A DNA stretch of 64,000 bases, taken from the NCBI GenBank assembly GCA_902600895.1, contig CACKLF010000002.1, positions 11,030 through 75,029 of the forward strand, in the 5' to 3' direction. Numbering within the stretch: the first letter of the stretch is position 1; every line of letters begins with the position of its first letter. Source of the DNA: an uncultured Alphaproteobacteria bacterium. Its GTDB lineage: Bacteria > Pseudomonadota > Alphaproteobacteria > Rhodobacterales > Rhodobacteraceae. The position numbers and the translations under genes were made by a program. The notes beneath the pieces are model-generated. The model was not told the origin of the DNA. It saw only the letters and a program-made list of their open reading frames with translations, and did not search any database. Shown here piece after piece: positions 61,089 through 64,000 of this stretch.

Positions 61089-61934
61089 ATGAGACTGTTG
61101 AGCTTTGTGAGGAATGGCGAAACTGGATTTGGTATGGAAAAAGATAAAGGAATAGTCAACTTAACTGATGTAGTAGATGGAGTTTGGACTATTAAAAGAG
61201 CCTTGGAACTAGATCTTCTAGTATCAATCAATGATTTGGCAAAAGATCGGGATCCAGATTTTTCTTGGAGTGATATTGTTCCGCTTCCTGTAATTCCGGA
61301 CCCTGGGAAAATTATTTGTATAGGTCTAAACTATGCAAATCACGTGGCTGAAACAAAAAGGTCAGATTCAAAATATCCAACCATTTTCACTCGGTTTGCA
61401 GACTCACAAATTGGGCACAATGGAATCATCTACAAACCTGAAGCTTCTAATGCCTTAGATTATGAGGGTGAAATGGCAATCATAATAGGTAAAGGTGGGC
61501 GCAAAATAACAAAAAAAGCGGCCATGGGTCATATCGCAGGGTACGCTTGTTACAATGACGCCACTGTAAGAGATTGGCAAAGACATACTTCCCAGTTCAC
61601 ACCAGGAAAAAATTATCCATCTACAGGTGGCTTTGGACCGTTTATGGTCACCACTGATGAGGTTGGAGATTACAAAAAATTAAATATTCAGACCAGATTA
61701 AATGGTAATGTCATGCAAGATGCAAAGCTTTCACAACTAATCTTTCCTGTTCCTGATCTGATCAATTATATTTCCTCTTTTTCTCCACTTTCACCTGGTG
61801 ATGTTATTGTTTCTGGAACTCCTGGAGGGGTAGGTGACAGGCGAGAACCACCCGTATACATGAAGGATGGTGATCTCATTGAGGTGGAGATTACTAAGCT
61901 AGGTATCCTTAAAAACAGAGTGTTAGCTGAGTAG
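61089..61934 (+). CDS. Fumarylacetoacetate hydrolase (FAH) family hydratase/decarboxylase
   Basis: 281 aa with ICIGLNYANH, DYEGEMAIIIGK and VSGTPGGVG motifs. Confidence 0.85.
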   Translation: MRLLSFVRNGETGFGMEKDKGIVNLTDVVDGVWTIKRALELDLLVSINDLAKDRDPDFSWSDIVPLPVIPDPGKIICIGLNYANHVAETKRSDSKYPTIFTRFADSQIGHNGIIYKPEASNALDYEGEMAIIIGKGGRKITKKAAMGHIAGYACYNDATVRDWQRHTSQFTPGKNYPSTGGFGPFMVTTDEVGDYKKLNIQTRLNGNVMQDAKLSQLIFPVPDLINYISSFSPLSPGDVIVSGTPGGVGDRREPPVYMKDGDLIEVEITKLGILKNRVLAE

Positions 61935-61959
61935 CTGTTAGTGTTTATTGTTGCTAAAA

Positions 61960-63549
61960 ATGTCAGAAAAAACTTCTGTTTCGATTGACGTAATAGTTGT
62001 CGGTAGTGGACCAACAGGTTTGACCCTTGCAAATTTATTAGCGAAAATGGATGCAAGGGTTTGCCTTATAGAGAAAAATGAAAAAACTGTAAGTGAACCT
62101 AGAGCTGTATCCATTGATGATGAGGCACTAAGGGTCTATCAATCAATAGGATTGAAGGACAAATTAAGCAAAAATATCATAGAAGGGTATGGCTCGATAT
62201 ACAAGGATAGTTCGGGAAAAGAATTTTCACGTGTTATGCCAAACACCCGGGAATATGGGTTTGAAAAAAGAAACGCTTTTCAACAACCTACACTAGAAAA
62301 AATATTATACGAGAATTTTTTACAATTTTCTAATTCAAAATCTTTTTTTAATTGGAAAATGCTGAATTTTATTCAAACAAATTCAGGTGTTAAAGCCACC
62401 ATAACTTGTCAAAAAACAGGAAAGCAGAAAATTATCGAAGGAAAATTTTTGGTAGGCTGCGATGGCGCTAGTTCGTTGACTAGAAAAACATTAAAAATCC
62501 CTTTGGAAGGTGCTTCATTTAAAGAAACTTGGGTAATTGTTGATTTAATTAAAACAATTAATCGTAATAGACATACAGAAGTATTTTGTAACCCAGATAG
62601 GCCATGTATTACATTGCCTGGCCCAGGACAGACAAGAAGATATGAATTCATGATGAAGGCTAATGAAAATGAAGATAATATGTTATTTGAACAAAATGTG
62701 AGATCTCTTCTCGCTTCAGTTGGACCCGACGCACATCAAGGTATAAGAAGAATAAGAGCATATACATTTCATGCAAGAGTAGCAAAAACTTGGAGGGAAA
62801 AAAGAATTTTTCTTGCTGGGGATGCCGCTCACTTATCTCCACCATTTGCAGGTCAAGGAATGAATAGTGGAGTAAGAGATGCTGCAAATTTGGCATGGAA
62901 ATTGTCGGTTGGTTTAGATAAAAATGATAGCGAAGAAGTTCTAGATAGTTATGAAAAAGAGAGAAAACCTCATGCTTGGGATATGATAAATCTTGCATTA
63001 AGGATGGGTAAGATTATGAACCCAAGGTCCCATTTCAGGGCTTTTATGCTAAAAAATGTTTTTAGGACCCTTAGATTATTTGGCCCTGCTAAAGATTACG
63101 TGTCGCAAATGAAGTACAAACCGAAACCTAGTTTTTCTTCTGGTATGATTTGGCCAGATGGTAAAAAAGAAACTATAGTGGGCAAGTTAATACCGCAACC
63201 TATTACAGAGGACCCTAAAAAGAGGGATATATTGTTGGACGAATACTTTCTAAACAAAGAATGTTTATTAATTTTTGATGAACAACCTGATAAATTTTTA
63301 TCAAAAAGAGTAATCGATACTTTTTTGGAAAAGGAGTGCGCGGTAATAGGTTTAACACCAGAATGGAGTAATTCCTATAGATCTCATATTCAAATAGTTA
63401 GAGATAAAAGCAAGTTTTTTTCAAGTTCACCATATTGTTCATATATAGGTTCGGCAATGCTTATACGAAAAGACAAGTATGTAGCAGCTGTAACACCTAT
63501 TGATAAAATTGGTAAATTGTATGATTATTTATGTGAATTAACGAATTAA
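61960..63549 (+). CDS. FAD-dependent aromatic-ring monooxygenase (MhpA-like), paralogue of 35777..37384
   Basis: GxGxxG (VIVVGSGPTGLTLANLL), DG motif (LVGCDGASSLTR) and GD motif (IFLAGDAAHLSPPFAGQGMNSGVRDAANLAWKL). ATG 61960 is preferred over the track start 61948. Confidence 0.8.
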   Translation: MSEKTSVSIDVIVVGSGPTGLTLANLLAKMDARVCLIEKNEKTVSEPRAVSIDDEALRVYQSIGLKDKLSKNIIEGYGSIYKDSSGKEFSRVMPNTREYGFEKRNAFQQPTLEKILYENFLQFSNSKSFFNWKMLNFIQTNSGVKATITCQKTGKQKIIEGKFLVGCDGASSLTRKTLKIPLEGASFKETWVIVDLIKTINRNRHTEVFCNPDRPCITLPGPGQTRRYEFMMKANENEDNMLFEQNVRSLLASVGPDAHQGIRRIRAYTFHARVAKTWREKRIFLAGDAAHLSPPFAGQGMNSGVRDAANLAWKLSVGLDKNDSEEVLDSYEKERKPHAWDMINLALRMGKIMNPRSHFRAFMLKNVFRTLRLFGPAKDYVSQMKYKPKPSFSSGMIWPDGKKETIVGKLIPQPITEDPKKRDILLDEYFLNKECLLIFDEQPDKFLSKRVIDTFLEKECAVIGLTPEWSNSYRSHIQIVRDKSKFFSSSPYCSYIGSAMLIRKDKYVAAVTPIDKIGKLYDYLCELTN

Positions 63550-63587
63550 AAAAGTTAATACATAAAGGTGAGAGAGGTAGTGAATTT

Positions 63588-64000
63588 AATGCCTATCAAT
63601 TCGTTAGGATATATTGGGATCCGGTCAAAGGATTTAATAGATTGGGAAGACTTCGCCAAAAACCTTCTAGGTATGCAGAGTGTTGAAACTGGTCATTACG
63701 CTCTAGCCTTTAGAATGGATGACTATAAGCAAAGACTTATGGTGGAGACAGAGTCAGGTGATACGCTCGGGTTTTTAGGCTGGGAAGTGGATAGCCTAGA
63801 AGACTTAGAAAGATATGGAAAAAAATTAGATAGGCAAAATATTCCTGTATCTTATGGATCTAAAGAGTTGTCAGACAAAAGATATGTTAAGGAGTTAATT
63901 TCTTTTCATGATCCAGAAGGAAATAGGATAGAGCTTTTTTGGGGGCCTATGCTGGATACCACCAAGTTTAAGCCAGGTAGACCTATATCTGGCTTTAAAA
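63588..64000 (+). CDS. Type I extradiol dioxygenase (BphC / 2,3-dihydroxyphenylpropionate dioxygenase-like), 5' part only
   Basis: Not in the ORF track because it runs off the window. My own translation from ATG 63588 gives MPINSLGYIGIRSKDLIDWEDFAKNLLGMQ ... FHDPEGNRIELFWGP ... GRPISGFK, the classic BphC-type N-terminal domain. AGGTGAGAGAGG lies upstream. Confidence 0.75.

Noticed and set aside
1-64000. Search for CRISPR arrays, transposases or integrases, phage genes, toxin-antitoxin or restriction/defence modules, rRNA and tRNA genes.
   Set aside because: No candidate was found. I saw no regularly spaced direct repeats, no tRNA-like T-arm/acceptor patterns outside coding sequence, and no ORF with recombinase, nuclease or defence motifs. 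The window appears to be metabolic core or accessory chromosome rather than a mobile or defence island.

Overview
This is an AT-rich, very gene-dense window of about 60 genes. Intergenic spacers are tiny, several start/stop codons overlap (ATGA, TGATG, TAATG), and some convergent genes share or overlap their stop codons. I found no rRNA, tRNA, CRISPR array, transposase, integrase or phage genes, so this looks like chromosomal metabolic backbone. An ATPase-inhibitor zeta subunit (DUF1476) and a tandem glycine riboswitch ahead of gcvTHP point to a streamlined marine alphaproteobacterium of the SAR11 type or similar. That taxonomy is inference only. Recognisable content:
- trpE/trpG.
- A sulfur and methyl-group block: sulfotransferase, homocysteine S-methyltransferase, SAM methyltransferase and rhodanese.
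- A split GltB-like trio of the N-methylglutamate-synthase type, next to Fe/2OG oxygenases and an HD-domain protein.
- AlkB plus an acyl-CoA dehydrogenase.
- Glycine riboswitch with gcvT-gcvH-gcvP.
- A six-gene homogentisate operon (hmgA-fahA-MBL-FAD monooxygenase-DUF2783-maiA) with a divergent MarR regulator.
- Canonical gltBD.
- A transporter-formamidase-kynureninase operon.
- Purine salvage genes (ade, deoD).
- A second aromatic ring-cleavage cluster that runs off the right edge.

The most interesting observation is that the ORF-track entries 12663..13118 and 13137..13898 are a single reading frame interrupted only by TGA 13116..13118. Read-through gives ...VPV-U-PFCTRAVCG..., which matches the Sec context of the GrdB/PrdB reductase selenoprotein family. 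An unusually GC-rich hairpin follows directly and is a candidate bacterial SECIS. The gene stands alone in an apparently aerobic organism, so its function is unknown. The second lead is a PhnZ/TmpB-like HD-domain (di-iron oxygenase type) gene that heads the mgsABC-like operon with two Fe/2OG oxygenases nearby. All product calls rest on motif recognition by eye. No database search was run.
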